Made by a program: the position numbers and the translations under genes. A stretch of DNA of 59,963 nucleotides, filler included, from Catajapyx aquilonaris (lineage: Eukaryota): assembly GCA_000934665.2 (NCBI GenBank). It is 4 parts of 4 records of this genome, joined end to end, with 100 filler letters (N's around TTAATTAATTAA, not from the genome) between each part and the next. Parts side by side here need not be neighbours in the genome. Positions count along the whole stretch, not along the records: positions 45,069 to 59,963 come from JYFJ02007656.1; 3 more parts are not named here. The stretch is one strand, 5' to 3'. The notes under the pieces are model-generated. The model was given only the letters and a program-made list of their open reading frames with translations, was not told where the DNA came from and searched no databases. Positions 50,060 to 59,963 of this stretch are shown here, piece after piece (the stretch's first letter is position 1; the number at the start of each line of letters is the position of its first letter).

Positions 50060-51600
50060 GTAACATTTCGCAAGCGCATTTTCCCGAGAAAATATTTGCA
50101 ATTAATGAATGACCGTACAAACCGCCCGAGTGTTCACTCTAGCAACCCTTTTTTCATACGAAGCAACCTTAAAAACCCCCATCCCTGCCCTGCATTACCC
50201 GCACATAATTTGCAATTAAATTATTGATTAATTAAGTTAATTTTTCTCGCTCTTTCCCGAGAAAATCATTTTAATTCCTGAATATTACTCGCCGCCAATA
50301 CCAAGATTGTTCACTCCAGCAACCTTTAAACCACTACAAAAAACACCTAATTTGCAATTAATTACTGATTAATTAACTCAATTTTTTCGCGTCTTCTGAG
50401 AAAATTATTTTAATTAACGAATTACTGTGCGAACTACGATTTGTTCACTCCAGCAACCAAGTTGCATGTACGAAACTACTTAAAAAAAAAAAAAAAACTT
50501 CAAACCGTCAAATTAATTTTCAATTAATTACTGATTAATTAACTTAATTTTTCTCGCCCATCTTCGGAGATTTTTTTAAATTAACGAATTACTATGTACG
50601 AACAACGATTTGTTCACTCCAGCAACCAGCTGCATGCGACGCAACCTTCAAACTACTTCTTCAAAAAAAATTATTTCAAACCTTCAAATTAATTTTGTAA
50701 TTTATTACTGATAGCTGATTAGCTTTATTTTTTTCGCCCTTTCCACGAAAAAAATATATATATTTAAAAAAAATTAACTCCGAATTTATTGCCGCGCGAT
50801 TGTTCACTCCAGCAACCCCATCTCTCCCCTAATTAATAACCTGCTATGCGTCACTTAATTTGTAATTATAAGTATTGATTAATTAATTTTAATGTGAGTC
50901 TCGCTCTTATTCCCACTAGAAAAATAGTTTTAAATTAACGACAAAATTATTATATTATTATTATTGCCATGTGCGATTGTTCACTCCAGCAAACCAGCTT
51001 CACACCGAAGCAACCATCCCAACACCTGCTGCTTACCCGGCAGTGTAATTTGTTATTAATTACTTACCGCATGTACACAAAAAACCATACGGTTGTTCAC
51101 TCCAGCAACCTGCTTACCCGATAGTCGTGTAAGTTGTAATTAATTAATTATTTACTCACCGAATGTACAAAAAACCATACGGTTTGTTCACCCCAGCAAC
51201 CTGCCTACCCGCGGTATTGTAAGTTGTAATTAATTAATTAATTAATTACTCACCGTACGTATATTTAAAAAAAAAAACACGATTGTTCACTCCAGCAACC
51301 CGCTTCACACCGAAGCAACCATCCCGCCAACACCACCTGCTGCTTACCCGGCAGTGTAATTTGTAATTAATTAATTAATTACTTATACCGTACGTACAAA
51401 AACTGTTCACTCCAGCAACCTGTGCAAGTTGTAATTAATTAATTATTAATTAATTACTCACCGCACGTACAAAAAACCACGGTTGTTCACTCCAGCAACT
51501 AGTCTCACACTAAAAGCAACCGTCAATGGCATCCATGCACATTTATCCGTCAGTGCGTCACGCAATTTGTGATTAATTATTTGATTAATTAAATTTATTA
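50060..51600 (+). repeat. Complex array of 11 units with conserved core TGTTCACTCCAGCAACC and variable spacing
   Basis: Core starts at 50131, 50308, 50442, 50611, 50801, 50978, 51094, 51185, 51284, 51404 and 51484; degenerate copy at 49473. Confidence 0.9.
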
Positions 51601-51985
51601 AAATTTTGCCAGCATTTTTTTTTAGATAAATCGGACAAGCCAGGGGTAAAAGCGCCACGAGTGTGGAACGGCTAACGGGCGAACTAGCTTCTTCCCCTTT
51701 CTTCTTGTTCCAGCTTGTTCCATTGTGTGAATACCTGACTTTTCCAGCGTCTCTTCAGCCCCCAGGGGCCGCCCTTGGGTCCTGCCCGTGGTCCTGCCCC
51801 CCTTAACCACGCAGCCAGGCAGCCAGGCAGCACCAGTAGTGTGCAGACACAGCAAGGCACACGGCTTGAACTGGTTTTCAGGCCACCAACTTTCTCCTCT
51901 TCCGTGTATGCAAGGTAAATTTCCCCCACATTTTTTGTGCCGCATTCCCCTGAGAGTGACTAATTGGTTTTGTAGTTGGGTGAAG

Positions 51986-52296
51986 ATGCCGGCGGTGGTG
52001 TTGGAGCGACCCAAGATGTCCAGGGCGCTTTGGGAGGCGCTGAAGGTGCATATCATGCGGGAGCGGCAGAGGAAAAGGCAGGAGCAGGAGGCTGATGCGG
52101 AGGTGGAGAGGCAGCGGAGGGAAAGGGAGAGGAAGCAGAAGCAGGACGTGATGACGCTGGAGGAGACCAGGGAGCAGCTGGCGCAGCTGGAGTCCAGGCT
52201 GGCGCAACTGAAGGACGAGAAGCACCAGCTGTTCCTGCAGCTCAAGAAGGTTCTGAACGAAGACGAGACCAGGAGACGACAGCTTGTCAAAGACCA
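51986..52296 (+). CDS. GPS2: G protein pathway suppressor 2 (NCoR/SMRT-HDAC3 complex subunit), coding exon 1
   Basis: MPAVVLERPKMSRALWEALKVHIMRERQRKRQE...TLEETREQ...EKHQLFLQLKKVLNE matches the GPS2 N-terminal coiled coil. Acceptor TGTAG at 51975; phase-2 donor GTTAGT at 52297. Confidence 0.92.
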
Positions 52297-53069
52297 GTTA
52301 GTATGCCAACAGGTCACGAGCGATAATAATGGGTACACATGGTTAGATCACGTAGCCAAAAAGTTGTACAGTTGACTCCGAATATAGCAGCCTCGGTTAT
52401 AACGGACTCGAAAGGCCTATCCCGCCATACTGTGTGTTTTTACTCCTTATACCATATAACAAACTCATTTGCTACAGGGTGACTCGAAAGTCAGGGGGTG
52501 GATTCATCAAATGTCATAAGTCAAAATCAAGTGTAAATATAGTATTTGGCAAACTTTTAATCAGTACGGAATCCAACTTTTGCGAAACTAATCCATAAAG
52601 AACTGTACAAGGACAGTAATTACTAGTGGCTCAAGTAAAAAATGTGTCCACATTTCTACAAGGTTATTATCTCAAGTTTGTTTCTCAACTTTTTGGCCTT
52701 GCTATCCAGCTTTTGTCAGTTACACCTTGTGTTTCATAATTAGGCTTACAATCGTATCAGAGAAAATGTGTGTAATATGTTGAAATGCGTTATATTTTCT
52801 CCTATTGTTTCATAATGGTGGGGAGAAGAAAAATAGTCGTGATATCTTCTCTCCAGCAGTCTCATTATGCAATTATTTAAGCGGTATCTAATGCAACTGG
52901 TATTTTTGACATGTTTTTCATTTTCCGAAACAAAATTGTATAATTTTGGGGGAAAAAATGCAAGATTGTGAGAGGCACTTGCGTACTTGTGAAATCATTA
53001 GCAAGGAAATTTTGCTAATATTTTGGGGGATTTAACTGGTTTGGTACTAATTTTTTTTTTTTTTTCCAG

Positions 53070-53277
53070 CGATGTGATGGTAATGCATGGATACTCCAGC
53101 GGTGGCATGCAGTTGGGAGCGGCGCCACCGCAGATCTTCATGCAGGCTGGCGGAGGCATGGGAGGAGGAGGCGGAGGTGCTGGCGGTGGCGGGTTAGCAC
53201 AGTCTTCAAGGCCACCCATCTACAAGCTAGGGGCCGGGGCAGGAATGCCACATCCGCAGCACACGCTTTTGCCTCAT
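53070..53277 (+). CDS. GPS2: GPS2 coding exon 2 (Gly-rich)
   Basis: Poly-T CCAG acceptor, phase compatible; donor GTGAGT at 53278. Confidence 0.8.
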
Positions 53278-53799
53278 GTGAGTTGGCAATTCTTTCGTGC
53301 TCCCCGAATGTCGGAGCGAAGTCCAGGAATTGTCTTGAATTCCATCCACGTACGAGACTTGAAATATCCAAATGTGTCTTAGCGTGGATTGCGTACATAG
53401 AAATCTAGAGATGTTTAAATTAGTACAATTGCAACAGAGAAAATCCTGCGAGGTCTCAGCAGTCTTCAGACTTCGAAATGATTCCGTCATGAGTCTTATG
53501 ACTGATTATTCCGCATTTTAGGTTTTCAGTTATTTGTTTCTCCCAAAAATTGACAATAAGTGCTAACGTTTTCATCGGTGTTTTGCGATCAATGGTGCAA
53601 CTGTCCTGCGGGAGATACATTTTGTACATTGCGCAGATATTTTCGTGCCAGTCTTACCAAGCATGGAAAAATTCAACATCCAGTTTGATCCAGGGAATGT
53701 TAGCTGTACTATCTTGTGATGGTGTGGCTGTCCTCACAAAAAAACAGGATTTCGTAGAACCAGGACAACAGAGTCATTAAGATAAGAGCTAGCCATTGT

Positions 53800-54500
53800 C
53801 TGGGATGGGATTGCAAGTCAGCAAAGAGACAGCTGCATGATGTCACCTTGGCCTGCACAGTAGCTGAGCCTTTGCTGCAGCTTTTCCCAGGGGCCACTGG
53901 TGATGATGCGTCACTTCCAGTGGCTTGGGTTGGGTGGGGCACTTTGTCCGGGGCTGTTGTGCGGTGTAGGTGTGCCAGTGGTTGGGTCCAGTGAACAAGA
54001 AGTACAACAGTCTCTGGTGCTGATCATCATGATTTGTGAGTAAGAGGGTGCAGCAATGCCGGATTAGGAAATTGATAGGCAAATTTTCAGTGTCCAAAAC
54101 CGTGGCATAGGGCGAGTAAAGTGCAAGGGACATGGTCTGGGCGGGGCACTTGGTACATCTCGGGATGTCCTTAGACTAGGCCTGTTGAGAGTGGTGCAAG
54201 GTTAGGTCTTTAGGCACTGTTCTTAATGCGAAGGAATGAGGTACAGTATTGGCTTTTGGATGGTAGACACTTTTACGTTAAGTGCCAAACTTGAGATGTC
54301 GAGTGCCAAGTCTTGCTCAGGCGTGGTTGTACACATGCTGAAGATTTGGTGTGAAGAGACCAGTTTCATTGGGGCATGGCTGGTCATGGTCGCCAGCATG
54401 TGCTGCCACCGCTGCATATCCTGATTCATGGCTAGCCTACACCCCTGAAGCTGGTTACTATTCCGATGGCTTATAGCTGTGTAGACGTGGCAGGAACTGC
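53800..54500 (-). mobile_element. Possible decayed LINE fragment in a GPS2 intron
   Basis: LNVKVSTIQKPILY weakly resembles non-LTR RT C-terminal motifs; no intact frame. Confidence 0.25.
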
Positions 54501-54638
54501 ATCTGAGGTCAGGTGCCCACTTGAATGCATGTGAGCGAGATTTTTACGAACATGCCTCATGCTAGCTCGGGCACATTTGAAGGGTTAGCATACTTGGCAG
54601 GCTGTGCTCCCAAAAATAAGGGGGAAAATCACTTTATA

Positions 54639-54963
54639 CGAGTGGTCAGCTTGAAAATAAGTTTTGCAATTCTACAGTTGAGACGGCTTGCGACGGCTTG
54701 CGACGGACAGGGTAAATGTGGGACATCGATCCTTCTGGTACTTTAAAGGATGGATAGGTGCCATCTTGCAGCTTGTGTGCAAGTGCAGCAGCCATCAGGC
54801 GCACTCTGATCGCCACTTGGACTCGTGCGATGACTGCTGCACCTGCAAGATGGCACCTATCCATCCTGTAAAGTAACAGAAGGATCAATGTCCCCCATTT
54901 ACCCTGTCTGCCGCAAGGTGTTTAAACTAGAATTGTGAAGCTTATTTTCTGACTGACCCCTTG
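54639..54963. mobile_element. Tc1/mariner-like palindromic MITE flanked by TA
   Basis: GACAGGGTAAATG..GGACAT.GATCCTTCTG.TACTTTA.AGGATGGATAGGTGCCATCTTGCAG is mirrored at ~54843-54908. Ends TA-CGAGTGGTCAG / CTGACCCCTTG-TA. Confidence 0.75.
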
Positions 54964-55110
54964 TACATACAAGGTGATTCCATTGCATAAATTCAAACCT
55001 TGTATTGATTACAATATGCATGGTTGTATGGCAAGTAAAATTTTGGCAAGCGCCTGATTTTGATAATCTGTTGGCAGTGGTGCAATGCTAATAATATCTT
55101 TCAATTTCAG

Positions 55111-55210
55111 GGTACCATGAAGAGGAGCAGGAGCCCCTCCCCACCGCCTCAGAACTTCCACCCAAGCTATGCCTACAAGGCCAGCATACCATCATCATAT
55201 GCACAGCCAA
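55111..55210 (+). CDS. GPS2: GPS2 coding exon 3 (GTMKRSRSPSPPPQNFHPSYAYK...), missed by the ORF track
   Basis: TTTCAG acceptor and GTGAGT donor; phase 0 in and phase 1 out fit the neighbouring exons. Confidence 0.8.
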
Positions 55211-56141
55211 GTGAGTATTTTTATGGGGACTAACTGCAAGGCATGAAAATCAATTGCTGTTTTTAATTGCCACGGATTTAAAATCCAACTATTGATCAGA
55301 AACTAGGGACAGAATTTATCGATGGTTTAAATTTAAATTTATATACTGTATAAATAAGACCTCATTACATTATGCGGAGGCTAAAATCGCCAACTTTGGT
55401 GTGTGGAAGCATTTTGCATATTTTGTCACTTTGATTCTTTTTATATTTTTGTATGATTAATTTGGTGATAAATTTTTGTAATTTTATTTATGGTTATTGA
55501 GCCTATTGTTGCATTGCACTTGCTTGGTTACGACTGATTTTTCAATAGTGCAAAAGTAGTCGTAAGTGATCATTCCTTTAAAATTCATCCTGGTGCAAAG
55601 AATATTCACAGCCCCATAGTAATTTTTAACCCTCCTTGTTGAGTGTGCATGCTACATGTAATAGGATCCCAAGTTGAGAGTCAGCAAATTCCAGTCTCAA
55701 GCCAGTGGAGCAAAGTCCATCCAGACCCATTGTTCCCTTCCTCCCACTACGGAACCACCCACCCACTTGCCAGAAGCTTCTCTTGCCCCTCCAGTCCACA
55801 CCACCTCCACTGCCACATACACAGTCTCTACCAACCAATCGCTATCCACAGTTTCTCTTTTTTTTGCTGCACTCGAAAAGAGCTTACAAATTGTTTCCAA
55901 ATGAGTCACAGTTGCCCAGCAGTATATCTTGAATCAAGATGCTGAGAAAATTCAGGAAAATTTGGTTTGTGGGAGATAGTGAATCAAGAACCAGTGTTCG
56001 CACATTAGTAGTGTTGGGCAGAACAAATTTTCATGAGTCGGCGGCAGGCAGGTATGGGTCAGGTGCAATTTACAGTTACTGTTTCGTGTGGTTTTCAAAA
56101 AAAGAAAAAAAAAAAGAGGGGTTAGTCATGAAAATGGTTAA

Positions 56142-56650
56142 GGGAGTGCATGAGTACAAATACGGTAGGCGCATTTTTGAGGGAATTTTATTTTTTGTGA
56201 CGAAACGGACGGTTAATCGGAAAAATCACGCCGAAGGTGCCCTGCAGAAAGGTTTGGCCTCTACTATGGTACCATACTCGATATGATTGCAATAAAATTG
56301 TGGACATACGGGCGCCGAAGCGTTCCCGAATTTGTCACGTTCCTGCCGCCATGTTATTCAAATGGGCTTTTCGGGAACTCCATTTTCCTTTCCCTTCAAC
56401 TCGATGAAAAGGTCACTTCTAGGCCGAAAATGGTAAAATGACGCCGAAGGTGCCCTGCGCCAGATCATTTCCTATTTTTTGGTGTAATTTTTGTGTCCAT
56501 TGCTCCATTTTTGTGGCCGTAAGGCCGCCGAAGCGTATGGACATGTCGAATCCCCATATGCTGTCCATGCAAACGCGAGTTTGTTTACGTAGTCGCCAAG
56601 GGCTCGCATTGTTACCTATTGTTACCGTATTTTTTTACTAATGCGCCCCC
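56142..56650. mobile_element. Non-autonomous DNA transposon with TTAA TSD and GGG...CCC ends (Kolobok-like)
   Basis: TTAA-GGGAGTGCATGAGTACAAATACGGTA ... TACCGTATTTTTTTACTAATGCGCCCCC-TTAA; internal CGCCGAAG repeats. Confidence 0.65.
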
Positions 56651-56991
56651 TTAACTTCAGATGCATCCAACAATGAGAAGGAAAATTGAAAAAGACTTGG
56701 TCTCATATAGTGCAGCTTCATTCCAGGTGTAAGTCACTTAAGCTGGTTTTAGGGCCATATTGGCTATGATCAGATATATTCGCATGACCTTTAAGGTGAA
56801 TATGCAAACCCAACTTAATTGCATGAAATTTGTTAGCCCCTCGATTTGGTGCCAAACAGGTCTGCACTTGAGTCGTGAGCCACGCCCAGAGCTTACTCTG
56901 GGCACGGACAGTCCCCACATTTTTACATTAATGGGTAGAGATGGGTTTCGTTATACCTGAGCACAAGTTGGTTTCATATGGCTGCATATAA

Positions 56992-57158
56992 AGGTGCGTT
57001 TACATGAGAGTGATTTAATTGCCGAGCGATGCATCACCGAGTAACCAATATTGTTTGAAGTGAACGTAACGATCGATTTTCGCTGCAAACAATACTGGTT
57101 ACTCGGGTTACTCAGCGATGACATCGCACCATCAAATCGCTCACATGTAGACGCACCT
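56992..57158. mobile_element. PIF/Harbinger-type MITE (TWA target)
   Basis: TAA-AGGTGCGTTTACATG ... CATGTAGACGCACCT-TTA. Confidence 0.7.
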
Positions 57159-57460
57159 TTACTGATTGTCCAGTGTATTATACCACATGAACTGCACGCT
57201 ACGCAACTAGTATTGTGCAGTCAACAATTTCATTACATTATGCTCAACAATCCTGAACTGTAAAAAAATATTCTTAAATGTACCGATGCCATAAAAATTA
57301 TTGTAGGTTCCAACGATCTCAGGTGGCCATTTGAAACCTGCAACATTGCAAATTCACGACATGCTGACTGCTACGTCTCGTCAATTTGTTTCTTTCATAA
57401 GCACGTCATCCAACTTGGGTGGCATATTACAACCTAGGCTTATGCAACAATGCTTTTCAG

Positions 57461-57688
57461 AAATTGGCCAAGGCAGCCCGTATTATGTGAGCAGCAGCGG
57501 AGTGAGCTTCGCCCCGCCACCCTCACAGGCCCCTCTGTACACCACCTACGCTGCCCCTCCTCCGCCTCCCCCGCCTCCCTCCCAGCAGGCTCAGCAGCAG
57601 CGGGGCGCGAGTGGGCCACCCTCGTCCGCAGATGATGGAAAGCAGCCGCCACAGCATGTGCCAGTCTATCTGTCGCAGACCACTAGAG
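57461..57688 (+). CDS. GPS2: GPS2 coding exon 4 (Pro/Gln-rich)
   Basis: TTTTCAG acceptor, phase 1; donor GTAGCT at 57689, phase 1. Confidence 0.75.
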
Positions 57689-58564
57689 GTAGCTGCATAG
57701 CCACCATTAATGCCTCATGGATGAGGCCACAGTCCAACATATATCGTAAACATTTCATTTTATGTTCAGATTTTGTGTGGGAGCATCAGGTTGATTTTTT
57801 TTTTTCTGGAGGCTGCAGTCTCAAGTCCCAAGTTTGTGAACAAATTGTTCATTTTGTTAATTTCTTATTTACATTTTCTTTTCGATTGTAACATGGTTTC
57901 TGTTGATTAAATTTTTTTGTGTTCACATTCTTTTTCCTTATGACTGCACACTATACTTGATGGCCATCTATCGTTTTAAATCCCTTCATTTCCAGGGTGT
58001 GGATTCAATAATGGGTGCGACGATGCATGGCGCAAGTCAAATGGTTGCATAAGTGTTGCAAATTCTACGGAATTTGCAGTGCACAAGATGCAACCAACTT
58101 GCATTGCGCAACATGCTTACATACCATGTTGAATCAACCCTCAGGACATGCTGATTATTATTTAGATTTCTCTTCTGACGATTAAAAAATGCGAGCGCAA
58201 TTGTGACGACAATCTGGTGTACCAACACACAAAATTGTTTTAATCATGGATGGATGAGCAAGGATAGTGCATGAGAGAGCTTAGTAGAATCACATTGGGG
58301 CACACTTATGACTGGCTGGTTACTGAATAGACATAATTTTACAGATAGACGGATGCATTCCATGCACGCGATGCAAGGGGAGGACGCCTCGCGCATGCAT
58401 CGTAAGTACAGTTTTATAATGCTACTTGTGGTAAAGGTCTGTGCTGTTGGTGTGACCATGTCCATAGTAGCTATGGAGACTGGAAAGTGTTTGGCATGTT
58501 TCGAGGGAGTCAATGTTGTCAAAATTTTTGAGTTTGAGTAGTCTTACATTTTCCACTGTTTCAG

Positions 58565-58968
58565 CCTACCTGACGATGCACCACCAGAGCATCCCTGACG
58601 ATAAGTTCTACCCACCGCCGCCAGTGAGCTCCAGTGGGCCTCCACCACCGTCGTCTGCTCCACCTCGTGCGACACCATCTTCAGGACCACCTCCGCCTCC
58701 TCCGCAGCCATCTTCTGCACCACCACCTCAGTCTTCCGGGCAGCCTCATCCTCAGCCACCTCCACCATCATCCTCTCTGCCACCTCCAACACACGTCCAG
58801 ATTCATGGCGGAGGCATACCCATACAGGGATCTAAGCCTGGAGGGATCACGTCGGGGTATCCCATCAGGGGAGGAGGCGCTTCCCAATCTGCCCAGGGCG
58901 GAGGAGGTGGAGGGCCACCAGTACCAGTGTCCTCACAGCCTGGGATTCCTGTCTCGGTTCCTAACACG
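58565..58968 (+). CDS. GPS2: GPS2 coding exon 5 (Pro/Ser/Gly-rich); the gene probably continues beyond the window
   Basis: TTTCAG acceptor in phase 1; donor GTTAGT at 58969; no stop before the donor. Confidence 0.75.
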
Positions 58969-59963
58969 GTTAGTGTTTCAGCATTTTTTTGGCTTTAGCA
59001 CATGCAATGGAAATGAGATGTAAATGGGAAACTTGATCCAATCAGAAGCCACCCTGAATTTATTTGGTTGGAATTTAGATGGATCCAAACAGGCGATAGT
59101 CACTGGGGGCCAAGCCGGGGGAGTGCATCGGGTGGGGTGTGGAAGTACCCAGATCCATGGGGAAAAATCCCTTCGCCGATGCCAATTCGAGGACATTGTT
59201 GACAGTTCTTGACTGTAAGCAGTTGTCCGGGAGTGGGTGCACTGCACCACCAAAAGGTTGTTCCAGCAGGGCCTGGATAGATTGAAATATCTATGATGCC
59301 AGTGCATTCGGCTCCAGGAGAGGAAAACCGATTTCAGATTTGAAAGCAGCGTTGAAAAAATATACTTAGAATCAGTTGAAAAATCTCGTGCAGCAGATTT
59401 TGTTGTTGTTGTTGTTGTTGGCCTGTGATATTAGTAGCCAATTTGACCAAAACAAGCATTGTTTTTGTGACTGGAAGGGGAGAAAGAGAGTGTTATGAAG
59501 CAGTACTGCAGAAATGACTCCTCTTCACATCCTTTGGCTGGGGTAGAAGTGCAACAATTTTTGACTTGAAACCATTTTTCCACTGCATGTTTTCTTAGGG
59601 ATATGGCTTTCGGTAGCTCCAAGGCAGCTTGTTTTATGGTGGAACTATTGAAATCATTAATTGAGTGAGGGATTTTGTTTGCGTCTACTTACAACAATTT
59701 TATATTGTAGTTAACTTGCTAAGCGTTGTTCATGAGAGTGATGAAAATTGGCCCACTCACTGCACTGGTGTGAGATTGCCTGCGGACTTCTTTCAAGTTG
59801 TCCGAAATACCTGCTTCATAAAGCCGATGCCATTGGCTCACTGTGAATTAAATATAATGGGATAGCTGTCGTGCCTGGCTCCATGCACTCTCCCATTAAC
59901 AAGCCACCATTTGCCTTGGCCAGAGTTACGGGTTCCCTTTTATGACCAGGCCGACAAGAAAAT

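Noticed and set aside
50980..51500. Spliced-leader RNA gene array (minus-strand GTGAGT/GTAAGC donors)
   Set aside because: No constant leader or clear Sm site, and donor-like motifs occur only in the proximal units.
50060..51600. CRISPR array interpretation of the repeat-spacer pattern
   Set aside because: Eukaryotic context, no cas genes, spacers of unequal length that are homologous to each other, and a core of only ~17 bp.
51622..52338. 238-aa minus-strand ORF
   Set aside because: Antisense shadow of the GC-rich GPS2 exon, with no recognisable domain.

Overview
Eukaryotic, intron-containing and repeat-rich DNA, most likely arthropod (inferred from the ATF4/crc, GPS2, zinc-finger and SINE types). 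The window is four ~14.9 kb contigs joined by identical artificial 100-bp spacers (N44-TTAATTAATTAA-N44), so adjacency across spacers is not biological. Contig 1 (1-14913): a recently duplicated minus-strand cluster of four C2H2 zinc-finger genes with a shared acidic N-terminal exon and YY1-motif promoter, plus a frameshifted ankyrin-repeat pseudogene, SINEs and MITEs. Contig 2 (15014-29919): ATF4 (two coding exons, 364 aa) with an overlapping out-of-frame uORF. Contig 3 (30020-44968): mostly transposon material, including a fully palindromic hAT-type element, a SINE with TSD and a CACTA/EnSpm transposase remnant. Contig 4 (45069-59963): five coding exons of GPS2, preceded by an array of 11 conserved ~17-bp motifs with variable spacers. 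The best leads are divergence at DNA-contacting residues between the zinc-finger paralogues, the motif array upstream of GPS2 and the ATF4 uORF.
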